From Alistipes sp. (GTDB taxonomy: Bacteria > Bacteroidota > Bacteroidia > Bacteroidales > Rikenellaceae), in assembly GCA_017936685.1 (NCBI GenBank), contig JAGBFA010000006.1:1-24000 (forward strand): a stretch of 24,000 bases of DNA, given 5' to 3'. A model generated the notes under the pieces. That model was not told the DNA's origin and did no database searches. It saw only the letters and a program-made list of their open reading frames with translations. This document shows positions 1-7,896 of the stretch, piece after piece. The position numbers were made by a program, and so were the translations under genes. The first letter of the stretch is position 1. Each line of letters begins with the position of its first letter.

Positions 1-1164
1 ATGATCTGCGGCGGCGACGAGACACGTGCCGCACAGCCGCGACGGCGAGTGAAGGCCGTCCGCAACGTCGCATACGCCGATGTGGCTCCCGCAACACGCT
101 CGGACGAGATGCCCGACGACGTGTCCGACTTGTTCTATATCGTCGAGTTCGCCGACGGAGAGGGTTCGGCCGTACTCGGTGCCGACAAGCGCGTGGAGCC
201 TGTCGTGGCAATACTCGACCAGACCGTCCTCACGCCCGAGGATTTCGCCGCGGCAGATATCCAGAGCGACGACATTACATCGTATATGACTGCTCTGATG
301 ATCAACAGTTCAATCACATTCCCTGGAGGTGATGACACGGCAGGATACGATAAACCTCTGCCCATCGACAAATTCTGGGGGCCGGGGCACGATACGATTG
401 TAAATTACAAACAAACTCCGCTGCTGAGGACTAAATGGAATCAAAGTGTTTCTCCATACAATGATCTGTGCTACAATAACGGAGAACAATGTCCGGCTGG
501 CTGCGGTCCGATTGCCGTAGCTCAATTGTTAATGTCCAACCAATATCCGTCCAATATAACAATTAATGGACAGCCTTTTAATTGGAATTTATTGCGTCAA
601 TGCTACTATGGCTGTATTCCGTCGTATTCTGCAAGATTAGAGGCGGCGCGTTTCGTATATCATGTCGGACAATATATGCACGTTACGTATAATACGCAAG
701 GATCCAGTATTTTTGATAGCAATGTCCCGCCGTTATTTAATCATGTAGGATATCAATCAGTGTCATTACAATCATTTTCGCTCATAAAGGCTCGAAACAT
801 GATATGCAATCTACAACATGTTTTTTATATAAGTGGTATACAAGAAGGAGCTTCTTCGGGTCACGCGTGGGTTATCGACGGCTGGAACGAATACACGGTA
901 AGAACATTGTATTGTTATTACTACACCCATGACGGCAAAACGGAGATACTCGACAGAAAAGTGCTATCTTCTGAGACTTATACCAAGATGCACTGCAATT
1001 TCGGCTGGGGAGGAAAATGTGACGGGTATTATACCTATAACCTATTCGATACCACTAAACGGCTCAATTCGGAAGATATCGACACATCGGTCGGAGATTA
1101 TGCTGGCAGAAACAGCTCCACATACAACGACTATTTCAGAATGATAACATATTCATTACCATAA
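1..1164 (+). CDS. C10-family (streptopain/SpeB-like) cysteine peptidase, 5' end cut by the window edge; propeptide (Spi-type) region followed by the catalytic domain
   Basis: The ORF is open to position 1. The propeptide-like stretch is FYIVEFADGEGSAVLGADKRVEPVVAILD. The catalytic-Cys context is CPAGCGPIAVAQLLM and the catalytic-His context is GHAWVIDGW, both typical of C10 peptidases. Confidence 0.8.
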   Translation: MICGGDETRAAQPRRRVKAVRNVAYADVAPATRSDEMPDDVSDLFYIVEFADGEGSAVLGADKRVEPVVAILDQTVLTPEDFAAADIQSDDITSYMTALMINSSITFPGGDDTAGYDKPLPIDKFWGPGHDTIVNYKQTPLLRTKWNQSVSPYNDLCYNNGEQCPAGCGPIAVAQLLMSNQYPSNITINGQPFNWNLLRQCYYGCIPSYSARLEAARFVYHVGQYMHVTYNTQGSSIFDSNVPPLFNHVGYQSVSLQSFSLIKARNMICNLQHVFYISGIQEGASSGHAWVIDGWNEYTVRTLYCYYYTHDGKTEILDRKVLSSETYTKMHCNFGWGGKCDGYYTYNLFDTTKRLNSEDIDTSVGDYAGRNSSTYNDYFRMITYSLP

Positions 1165-1185
1165 ATATTATAAACCATAAACACC

Positions 1186-1779
1186 ATGAAACGAATATTT
1201 TTATTGGCAGCCGCATTGTGCTGCATGTCACTCTACTCGTGCGACAACGAGCAGGATTTAGACAATCTGTCTCCGGAAGAATTGGAAATCATCGACATGA
1301 ATAATTTGATAGTCTCGCAATCCGGATTTAACGAAGAAGCTTTGCTTACCGACTTGAAACGAGGTACAATGAAAATGAAGTCTTGGTACCAATATAATAA
1401 TGGCAGTTTGTCGAGGCTGTTTCTTGTTGGTGGACACTTAGCAGGCGGCATAGCGATATTTTTCGATGAAGGGATTTGCTTTGATTGTTATGATAGTGAC
1501 TGGTTTCCAGAGACAGGATCGTATCCGTGTCGTGAACAGTTCTCTTGGCAATACAATCCGGCAACACAGTCATTTATAACGCAACACAGTAATAATAATT
1601 ATAGTGAGTGTTCAGCAAAAATTCTATACTATAACACCGAGGATCATCATTTGATAATTGAAGGAGATATGTTTAATTTAATATCTACATGGAAACTCGA
1701 AAAAGTGCGAATATCGGGTTATATCGATGTCGATCCTGCGGAGCGTGAGCGCATTATCGAGAAATACTGCGGTGAATAA
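1186..1779 (+). CDS. Small lipoprotein of unknown function, 21 nt downstream of the C10 peptidase; candidate cognate peptidase inhibitor
   Basis: Lipoprotein signal peptide with lipobox (MKRIFLLAAALCCMSLYSCDNE). Same strand as the peptidase with a 21-nt gap. It shares the low GC of the peptidase catalytic half. The inhibitor role is inferred from gene context only. Confidence 0.7.
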   Translation: MKRIFLLAAALCCMSLYSCDNEQDLDNLSPEELEIIDMNNLIVSQSGFNEEALLTDLKRGTMKMKSWYQYNNGSLSRLFLVGGHLAGGIAIFFDEGICFDCYDSDWFPETGSYPCREQFSWQYNPATQSFITQHSNNNYSECSAKILYYNTEDHHLIIEGDMFNLISTWKLEKVRISGYIDVDPAERERIIEKYCGE

Positions 1780-1813
1780 GTGAGTAAAACCGGTTTGGTC
1801 GGATCTTTTTCGG

Positions 1814-1852
1814 TCGGCAGTCGGGGCATATCCCCGGCTGCCGATGTTCTTT
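1814..1852 (+). terminator. Intrinsic terminator after the lipoprotein gene
   Basis: A 13-bp stem, tcggcagtcgggg / ccccggctgccga, with one T-G pair and a short loop, followed by the T-rich tgttctttg. Confidence 0.7.
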
Positions 1853-1860
1853 GAGAGAGC

Positions 1861-2400
1861 GTCATTCCGAGGGAGGGCATTGCCCGACCGTGGGAGTCTC
1901 TGTACGCATCGTGTCATGCTGAACGTAGTGAACCGACGACAAGTCGAGAGCAGAAAGAGCTTGCTTTTTATGCCGAGACGCGAAAGAGGAAGACCGCAGG
2001 TCAAGAATCTGTGGACGACAAGACACACAATGCTGTCACTCCGAGAGAGGGCATCGCCCGACCGTGAGAGTCTCGCCGCCCACTCTGTCACTCCGAGGAG
2101 CCGCAGGCGACGTGGGAGTCTCGCCGGAGGGAGTGCATTTTTGTAACAAGGAAGTGCATATATCAACAAAAAAACAGGGATTCTCACGTCGCGGCCAAAA
2201 GCCGCTCCTCAGAATGACAGACCCACACAATGTCATGTTGAGCAGAGCGAAACATCTGGTTGTGGACAGCAGGGCTTATCAACCTCGCACATAGCCACAG
2301 CCGGATTCTTCACTCCAACATGTTCCGTTCAGAATGACAGGGCAGTGGAAATAGTCGCGCACAGATTCTTCGCTACGTTACACTCCGCTCAGAATGACAC
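1861..2400. repeat. Array of at least ten short hairpin-repeat modules (template TGTCA-N4-GAG...N4'-TCTC), in both orientations
   Basis: Modules are at about 1861-1902, 1913-1938, 2035-2076, 2087-2125, 2178-2220, 2231-2258, 2303-2340 and 2364-2400. They share the cores GTCAYTCCGAG...GGAGTCTC, GATTCTCACGTCGC...GCTCCTCAGAATGACAG and GATTCTTCG...CTCAGAATGACA. Confidence 0.8.
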
Positions 2401-2416
2401 GCAACAAAAATAGTCT

Positions 2417-2452
2417 CCAAAGCACCACTACCCCATTTTTCGTCAAAAGCGG
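2417..2452 (+). repeat. Head fragment of the ~140-bp composite repeat
   Basis: ccaaagcaccactaccccatttttcgtcaaaagcgg nearly matches 2636-2671 and the reverse complement of 21099-21134. Confidence 0.6.
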
Positions 2453-2551
2453 TATTATACAACTTTTTCGTTAAGCCAGACGAGCAAAATGAAGTTTACT
2501 TCATCTTTGCCGCGGCGAGAAAAAGTGCATGAAATGAACGCAAACGAAGAT

Positions 2552-2634
2552 CCGCCGGATAGGCTGTACTTGGCGTACTGTCTATTCGGCGGAGCAAGTG
2601 CGCGGCAGTAGAATGCCGCTTTTCACGGAAAACC
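2552..2634 (+). repeat. Diverged partial copy of the tail half of the ~140-bp repeat
   Basis: Hairpin ccgccggatag...ctattcggcgg encloses GTACT-N-GTACT. It is followed by gagcaagtgcgcggcagtagaatgccgcttttcacggaaaa, which aligns with 2695-2775. Confidence 0.45.
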
Positions 2635-2635
2635 G

Positions 2636-2775
2636 CCAAAGCACCACTACCCTCTTTTTCGTCAAAAGCGGTTAGTTGTAACGCAACGCCGGAGCGAAGC
2701 GATGGGACGTACTAACGTACTTCCCATTGCTGAGCGACAAGGCGCGGAAGCAAATGACCGCTTTTCACGGAAAAG
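2636..2775 (+). repeat. Full copy of the ~140-bp composite repeat; its last 11 nt overlap the 3' end of the neighbouring CDS
   Basis: It aligns by eye over its whole length with the reverse complement of 20995-21134, with roughly nine in ten positions identical. It contains the internal hairpin atggga...tcccat. Confidence 0.8.
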
Positions 2776-3955
2776 ACACGGGAAACTTATCCGTATGCGT
2801 CAGCTTGCCTTCCTTGTCGTAAATGTTGCAGGTGATGGTCTTGGCATCTACGTCGACGTCCATGCGGGTCTGGTTGGGATTGCATAAGACGGGGAAGTTG
2901 CAGCCGGTGGCCTTGTCGCCGGCTTTCCAGAGTTTGTAACGGTGAATATGGGCACTGAACATCACATCGATACCCGCCTCGTTGAGAATGGGAGTATAGA
3001 GGCGGTCGATCTCGGCTCCGCCGTGCCAGCCCTTGGGCGAGGGAGGCATGTGCAGGAAGACGATCTTGACGGGAGCCGAGCGAAACTCCTCGCTTGCGAC
3101 AACGCCTTTGAGCCACTCGGCCACCTGCTCGCGATAGGGATCGTGAACCATGAGTTCGAGATTGCGGATATCGCTGTCGGGCTTGTCCTCACCGCCGTCG
3201 AGAACGATGCAGAATGCCGGGCCGCTGCGGAACGTGTAGTAGGGAGCACCCGTCGACGAGGGGAAATAATCCATGTAGTGCGTGCCCCACTGTCCGCGGT
3301 TCTCGTGGTTGCCGCGAGCCACGAACAGCGGCATATCGGGTGCGAAGGCCTCGACCGAAGGGGTAATGACATGCTCCATGAGGTACTCCTCCGAGTCGAT
3401 GCTGGTCACCATATCGCCGTTGAACAGCACGAAATCGTAGTTGTCGGCATTGACCGTCTCACGATCGAAGAGCTTGCGCAGCACGTCGCCATGCTCGTGG
3501 AAGTCGTTGCCAACGGCAAAGCGCGTAGTGGCCTTGCCCTCGTCGAGAGTCTTCACGCAGAAGGGTTTGTGCGAGAGGATATCGCTGCCGTAGGGATCGC
3601 TGAACAGCACGCGCACACGTCCCTCGTTGAGAAGCACGGCCTTCTGGAATATGCGATAGCGATACTTGGTACCCGGCTCCAAACCCGTGACCTTAACGCT
3701 GTGCAGGCGGCCTATCGGGCGACGGCCGAAGATGGTCTGATAGTATTTCGGACGCTCGACGTTGTAGAAATGAGTGCCGTCGTCGGGTGCCACCTCCACC
3801 CACGATATGGCATCGACATCGGTGAGCCACACCACGGTAAACTCGGTATCGGAGCAGGCCTGAATATAGGGGCCTTGGGCGATTCGCGCAGCCTTTTGAG
3901 CCATGAGCGACAAAGGCAGAGTGATGATTGCGATAAGAAGCAGAAATCGTTTCAT
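2765..3955 (-). CDS. Exported metallophosphoesterase, purple-acid-phosphatase-like (N-terminal PAP/FN3-like domain plus calcineurin-like phosphoesterase)
   Basis: Signal peptide MKRFLLLIAIITLPLSLMAQ. Metallophosphoesterase motifs are GNDFHE, NGDMV, RGNHE, FLHMPP and SAHIHRY. Confidence 0.9.
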   Translation of the reverse strand: MKRFLLLIAIITLPLSLMAQKAARIAQGPYIQACSDTEFTVVWLTDVDAISWVEVAPDDGTHFYNVERPKYYQTIFGRRPIGRLHSVKVTGLEPGTKYRYRIFQKAVLLNEGRVRVLFSDPYGSDILSHKPFCVKTLDEGKATTRFAVGNDFHEHGDVLRKLFDRETVNADNYDFVLFNGDMVTSIDSEEYLMEHVITPSVEAFAPDMPLFVARGNHENRGQWGTHYMDYFPSSTGAPYYTFRSGPAFCIVLDGGEDKPDSDIRNLELMVHDPYREQVAEWLKGVVASEEFRSAPVKIVFLHMPPSPKGWHGGAEIDRLYTPILNEAGIDVMFSAHIHRYKLWKAGDKATGCNFPVLCNPNQTRMDVDVDAKTITCNIYDKEGKLTHTDKFPVSFP

Positions 3956-4035
3956 GCAGAAAAATTTATTTAAGTTAGTTTTCGAAAATTCCGACGGTTC
4001 GTTTTACGTTATAAAGGTAGTAAAAAGATAAAGAA

Positions 4036-4075
4036 CGAGCAATAAAACGAAAAATATTTTTCGTTTTATTGCTCG
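4036..4075 (-). terminator. Intrinsic terminator after the histidine phosphatase gene
   Basis: Perfect 19-bp palindrome, cgagcaataaaacgaaaaa / tttttcgttttattgctcg. On the minus strand it is followed by the T-rich ttctttatcttttta. Confidence 0.75.
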
Positions 4076-4123
4076 TAGCACATACTCCGCACACCTATGC
4101 AGGCTGCGCCGTCATCTTAGCGT

Positions 4124-5395
4124 TCAGAGAATCTTCGGTTCGTAATATGCCTTGAAATCCTCCCAGCGATAGAACGGGAAGATGTCGGTGGCCACAGGCA
4201 GCCGGCACTCCTTCTCCGAGAATAGCACCTTGACCAGCACCTCGCCCGCCTTGTTGCGGAAGAAGATGAATTGCACGTTGGTTGCCATAGGCGAGACACG
4301 GTAGTCGATCCAGTTCTCGCACACGGCATCGTAGTCGTCGCTGCGGAATGTCGCCCCCTCCAATTCGAGAAGCGCGGCCAGCGGTATAACGTTGATATCG
4401 TGACCGAAACGCAGTGTGGCGACATAGCCCAGTTCACCGGCTGCGGCCTTGTCGGCATTATCGATGATGTTGCGCAGCAGAGGCCGTGCATCGGCAACGA
4501 TATTGTCGCCCCACTCGGCCGAGGGTCCGTAGGTCAGATAACGCTGGATATTGTAGCCGCGCCACATGTTGTAAAGCTCCTCGTCGGTGAATACGTATCT
4601 TATGTCGACATCGAGATCGACGCACTGCATGATCATGGCCACGGTGAAGAGATTGTCGTAGAACTTGTATTTATCGGCTATCCTGCGGTCGGCATAGCCC
4701 GGCTCGGAGAACAGACGACCGAACAGCGCATCGGGATCGTTGATCGAGTGGCGGTACTCCTCGGCGCGGGCGGTAGTCTGGGTACGCGCGGCGTTCATGC
4801 CCTCGACGCTGAACACGAAGTGGCTGTCGGCAGCCGTGGCGTCGCGGCGGAAGCGGATCTTCGGATTGCGCTCGTGCAGGCCGTCGGTGAACGACACCAT
4901 GCTGATGATGCAGCGCGTCACGAGCGTGGAATGGCAGTCGACGTCGCACTCGCCGCGAAAGACCTCGGGATAGTTGTCGTACATACGGCGCGCGATGGCG
5001 GCATGCTCCTGCCTGCCCAACGGCGACAGATCGCCGGCATGCTTCTGGGCATGGGCGCAGATAAGCTCGACATCGGCCAGCAGACGCTCGCCGAGCGGAG
5101 TCAGCACTCCGTCATCGGCGGCCGTGCGCAACGTGCGGAGCACGCGGGCGTAGCTCTTCTCCGATGCCGCCCAGCGGCTGCCATGACGGCCGTAATGACT
5201 GATGTAGAATGGTTTGAACCCGCGAGGAGCAGGCGTCACATCGAGCGATGCAGGGTGATAAGTGTAATAGATGCCGCCGGCACGCAGCGGATCGGCGGCG
5301 ATCTCCTCGCGCGGTGACTGCGCCGAAACACTCGTGGCAAACAGCGACACGAGCAACAAGGCTGCAACCAGTGATTGAAGTCTGAGTTTAAGCAT
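4124..5395 (-). CDS. Exported histidine acid phosphatase (branch-2 histidine phosphatase; phytase/MINPP-like)
   Basis: Start chosen at MLKLRLQSLVAALLLVSLFATSVSAQ, which is a signal peptide. Catalytic motif is RHGSRW, with a downstream GHD proton-donor motif. The longer tracked ORF (to 5872) overlaps the upstream gene in another frame. Confidence 0.85.
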   Translation of the reverse strand: MLKLRLQSLVAALLLVSLFATSVSAQSPREEIAADPLRAGGIYYTYHPASLDVTPAPRGFKPFYISHYGRHGSRWAASEKSYARVLRTLRTAADDGVLTPLGERLLADVELICAHAQKHAGDLSPLGRQEHAAIARRMYDNYPEVFRGECDVDCHSTLVTRCIISMVSFTDGLHERNPKIRFRRDATAADSHFVFSVEGMNAARTQTTARAEEYRHSINDPDALFGRLFSEPGYADRRIADKYKFYDNLFTVAMIMQCVDLDVDIRYVFTDEELYNMWRGYNIQRYLTYGPSAEWGDNIVADARPLLRNIIDNADKAAAGELGYVATLRFGHDINVIPLAALLELEGATFRSDDYDAVCENWIDYRVSPMATNVQFIFFRNKAGEVLVKVLFSEKECRLPVATDIFPFYRWEDFKAYYEPKIL

Positions 5396-5433
5396 AATAT
5401 GTCCGTATAATAGTAATTGGCAGAGTCTGTACG

Positions 5434-6744
5434 TCAGCACTTCGAGGTCATGATCTTCAATATCATGGCATCGGTCTCGTTCATGGCGTCGCGTCCTATG
5501 GTCGTCAGGTTGCGTATCGAGCGGTCGACATCGTCGTCGATGATGCCCTCCACCGAGGTGACGCAGCGTCCGTCCATGGCCATCATGGCCGACAGCACGG
5601 CCGTCGAGACACCGCTGGTGAGCTTCATGGCGCACGAGGGCTTGGCTCCGTCGCAGATCATGCCCGTGAGGTTGGCTATCATGTTCTTCACGGCCGCCGC
5701 CACCTGCTCGTAGCCGCCGCCCATAAGATATGTTATGCCGCAGCTCGAACCCGTCGAGGCCACCACGCAGCCGCACAAGGCCGACAGTCGGCCGAGGCTC
5801 TGCTTGATGTAGATGACCGTCAGGTGGCTCAATATAAGAGCGCGGATAAGCTGCTCGTGCGAGGCTCCGCACTCACCGGCATATACCACAACCGGAATAG
5901 TCGAGGTGATGCCCTGGTTGCCGCTGCCCGAGTTGCTCATCACGGGCACCATGGCACCCGCCATGCGCGCGTCGCATGCGGCCGACGTATATGACAATAT
6001 CTTGGTGAAGAGGCTGTCGCCCATGATCTTCCGCTCGCGGTTGCTTTGCAGCAGCCGACCGAGCGAGTGGCCGAAGTCGCCTTTGAGCGAGATCTCCGAA
6101 GCGGCCATATTCAGGCGGCGCGCCTCGTCGATGAACTCCAACTCGTCGAGCGGTGCCGTCATGGCGAAATCCCATATGCGGCGCATGGTCAGCTCCACGG
6201 TCTCGTGCTCCTGCTCGCCGCAGCTCGCCGCCTCACGCTCGTCCAAAATCACTTCGCCGGCGTGTGCGACATAGACGAAATGCGTGTGATCGCCCGATAT
6301 GACAGCCACGGCACTGTCGCCCGAGGCCGACACCTCAACCTCTATATAGAGTTTCTCGGTGATCCCCTCTTTGAGATCGACGCCGACAGTCTTTGCGCCG
6401 ACCATCGCCGCAGCACGCTCCACAGCCGCCCGATCGACATCGCGCAGCACCTCCAAACCGTAGGCCGAACGCCCCTTCAATGCTCCGAGTGCCATGGCTA
6501 TCGGCAGGCCGGTCATGCCCGTGCCGGGGATTCCCACGCCCATGGCATTCTTCAAGATGTTGGCACTCAGACGCGCCTCGATACGCTGCGGCTCGCACCC
6601 CAAAGCCTCGGTGGCCCGCGCCGTACACAAGGCCACGGCGATAGGCTCCGTACAGCCGATGGCCGGAATGATCTCGCGTTTCATCAGCGACAGAATATCG
6701 CCTCGTTCCCTCTCGGTGAATATACTCTCCATAACGGTTATCAT
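5434..6744 (-). CDS. UPF0597 / YhaM (CyuA)-type protein, L-cysteine desulfidase family (serine dehydratase alpha-like)
   Basis: The N-terminal AIGCTEPIAVALCTARA matches the ALGCTEP signature of E. coli YhaM. The length (~430 aa) is typical. The start could be 6744 or the Met at 6732. Confidence 0.85.
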   Translation of the reverse strand: MITVMESIFTERERGDILSLMKREIIPAIGCTEPIAVALCTARATEALGCEPQRIEARLSANILKNAMGVGIPGTGMTGLPIAMALGALKGRSAYGLEVLRDVDRAAVERAAAMVGAKTVGVDLKEGITEKLYIEVEVSASGDSAVAVISGDHTHFVYVAHAGEVILDEREAASCGEQEHETVELTMRRIWDFAMTAPLDELEFIDEARRLNMAASEISLKGDFGHSLGRLLQSNRERKIMGDSLFTKILSYTSAACDARMAGAMVPVMSNSGSGNQGITSTIPVVVYAGECGASHEQLIRALILSHLTVIYIKQSLGRLSALCGCVVASTGSSCGITYLMGGGYEQVAAAVKNMIANLTGMICDGAKPSCAMKLTSGVSTAVLSAMMAMDGRCVTSVEGIIDDDVDRSIRNLTTIGRDAMNETDAMILKIMTSKC

Positions 6745-6835
6745 AGTTTTAGCCTACTAATTTAACCATTCTTTTCAGAATTTCAAAACCCGCAGCCCCA
6801 TTTTTGTTTCGGATCGAAACTTTTGCGGAAAAGAT

Positions 6836-6865
6836 TTTGCATTTCCGTAATTATCGCTATCTTTG
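6836..6865 (+). promoter_or_regulatory. Bacteroidota-type promoter for deoD (-33 TTTG, -7 TAnnTTTG)
   Basis: TTTG at 6836-6839, then an 18-nt spacer, then TATCTTTG at 6858-6865, about 55 nt upstream of the deoD ATG. Confidence 0.55.
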
Positions 6866-6920
6866 CATAGCAGGTGTATCACCTCACGTAAAACATAACG
6901 ATATTTTAATTTTACAGAAT

Positions 6921-7634
6921 ATGGCAGACAAGACACCGACTCCGCATATCGGAGCCAAGGCAGGCGAAATCGCCGACAAGGTAATCATGGCAGGCGACCC
7001 GTTGCGCGCCAAGCTGATGGCAGAGCGTTTCCTCGAAAATCCCGTGCAGTACAACAACGTGCGCGGCATGCTCGGCTTTACGGGCACCTACAAGGGCAAA
7101 CGCATATCGGTCCAGGGACACGGCATGGGTATACCCTCAATAGGCATCTATACCTATGAATTATACAACTTCTACGGCGTGAAGAGCATCATTCGCTGCG
7201 GCTCGGCAGGAGCCTACGATCCGTCGCTCAATCTGGGCGACATCGTGCTGGGCATGGGTTCGTGCACCGACTCCAACTATGCCGCACAGTTCAACCTGCC
7301 CGGAACCTTCGCTCCCATCGCCGACTTCGGCCTGCTGCGCGCAGCCGCCGACAAGGCCGAGAGTATGGGTGTCAACTACAAGGTAGGCAACCTGATGGCC
7401 AGCGACGCCTTCTACGGCGAGAACGCCGAGAACTGGAAGGCATGGCAGAAGATGGGTGTACTGGCCGTGGAGATGGAGGCTCCGGCACTCTACATGAACG
7501 CCGCTCGCTCGGGCAACAAGGCACTCTGCATCTGCACCATATCCGACTCGCTCGTGCACGGCACGGCATGCTCGGCCGAGGAGCGTCAGAACAGCTTTAC
7601 CAACATGATGGAGATCGCATTCTCGATCATCTGA
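6921..7634 (+). CDS. deoD: Purine nucleoside phosphorylase, DeoD type
   Basis: [41 protein letters not shown]... and GHGMGIPS, plus [12 protein letters not shown]. The ATG at 6921 was chosen over the longer tracked ORF (6804). Confidence 0.9.
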   Translation: MADKTPTPHIGAKAGEIADKVIMAGDPLRAKLMAERFLENPVQYNNVRGMLGFTGTYKGKRISVQGHGMGIPSIGIYTYELYNFYGVKSIIRCGSAGAYDPSLNLGDIVLGMGSCTDSNYAAQFNLPGTFAPIADFGLLRAAADKAESMGVNYKVGNLMASDAFYGENAENWKAWQKMGVLAVEMEAPALYMNAARSGNKALCICTISDSLVHGTACSAEERQNSFTNMMEIAFSII

Positions 7635-7654
7635 CAAATGAGTAACCCCGCAAT

Positions 7655-7688
7655 AAAAAGAGCACTGCCGAGGCAGTGCTCTTTTTAT
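7655..7688 (+). terminator. Intrinsic terminator after deoD
   Basis: A 15-bp perfect stem, aaaaagagcactgcc / ggcagtgctcttttt, ending in a T run. Confidence 0.8.
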
Positions 7689-7896
7689 TGGCTATCACGC
7701 CATTGCACATCGTCAGACACCGGCCGTGAAGATTGCGCCGTGCGGATTGTTGAAAACTTTTCGTGCAAAAACATCGGGTCTCCGCCCCTTTTTTCGTACC
7801 TTTGGCTTGGCCTTAGATACCATATTCGAACAAACTTGCAGATAATGTTTGCATTTGCGCCGATTATTTCGTATCTTAGGGTAAAATTTAAGAATT

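Noticed and set aside
1678-2294. ORFs 1678-2187 (-), 1844-2146 (+), 2036-2236 (-) and 2064-2294 (+) inside the repeat array
   Set aside because: They are read-throughs of the hairpin modules. The peptide strings repeat with the DNA modules, and one ORF overlaps the lipoprotein gene. There is no start context and no motifs.
1861-2400. Repeat-rich non-coding kilobase that might be taken for a CRISPR array
   Set aside because: The repeats are not identical, vary in length and type, occur in both orientations and are not separated by uniform spacers. No cas genes or leader are present.
5396-5872. N-terminal extension of the histidine phosphatase ORF (tracked as 4124-5872, 582 aa)
   Set aside because: The extension overlaps the 3' end of the UPF0597 gene in another frame and is Arg/His/Asp-rich junk. 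A Met followed by a textbook signal peptide begins at 5395.
6804-6920. Longer upstream starts offered by the track for deoD (6804), yitT-family (10894, TTG), acetyltransferase (14078), zinc-ribbon gene (17636), nadE (21386) and rseC (22603)
   Set aside because: In each case an internal ATG gives the N-terminus expected for the family or a clean signal or transmembrane segment. The extension also overlaps promoter boxes, repeats or the upstream gene.
7797-7804. TACCTTTG box upstream of murA as its promoter
   Set aside because: It matches TAnnTTTG exactly, but there is no TTTG at the expected -33 distance. It would also leave a leader of about 85 nt. That is too weak to report as a feature.
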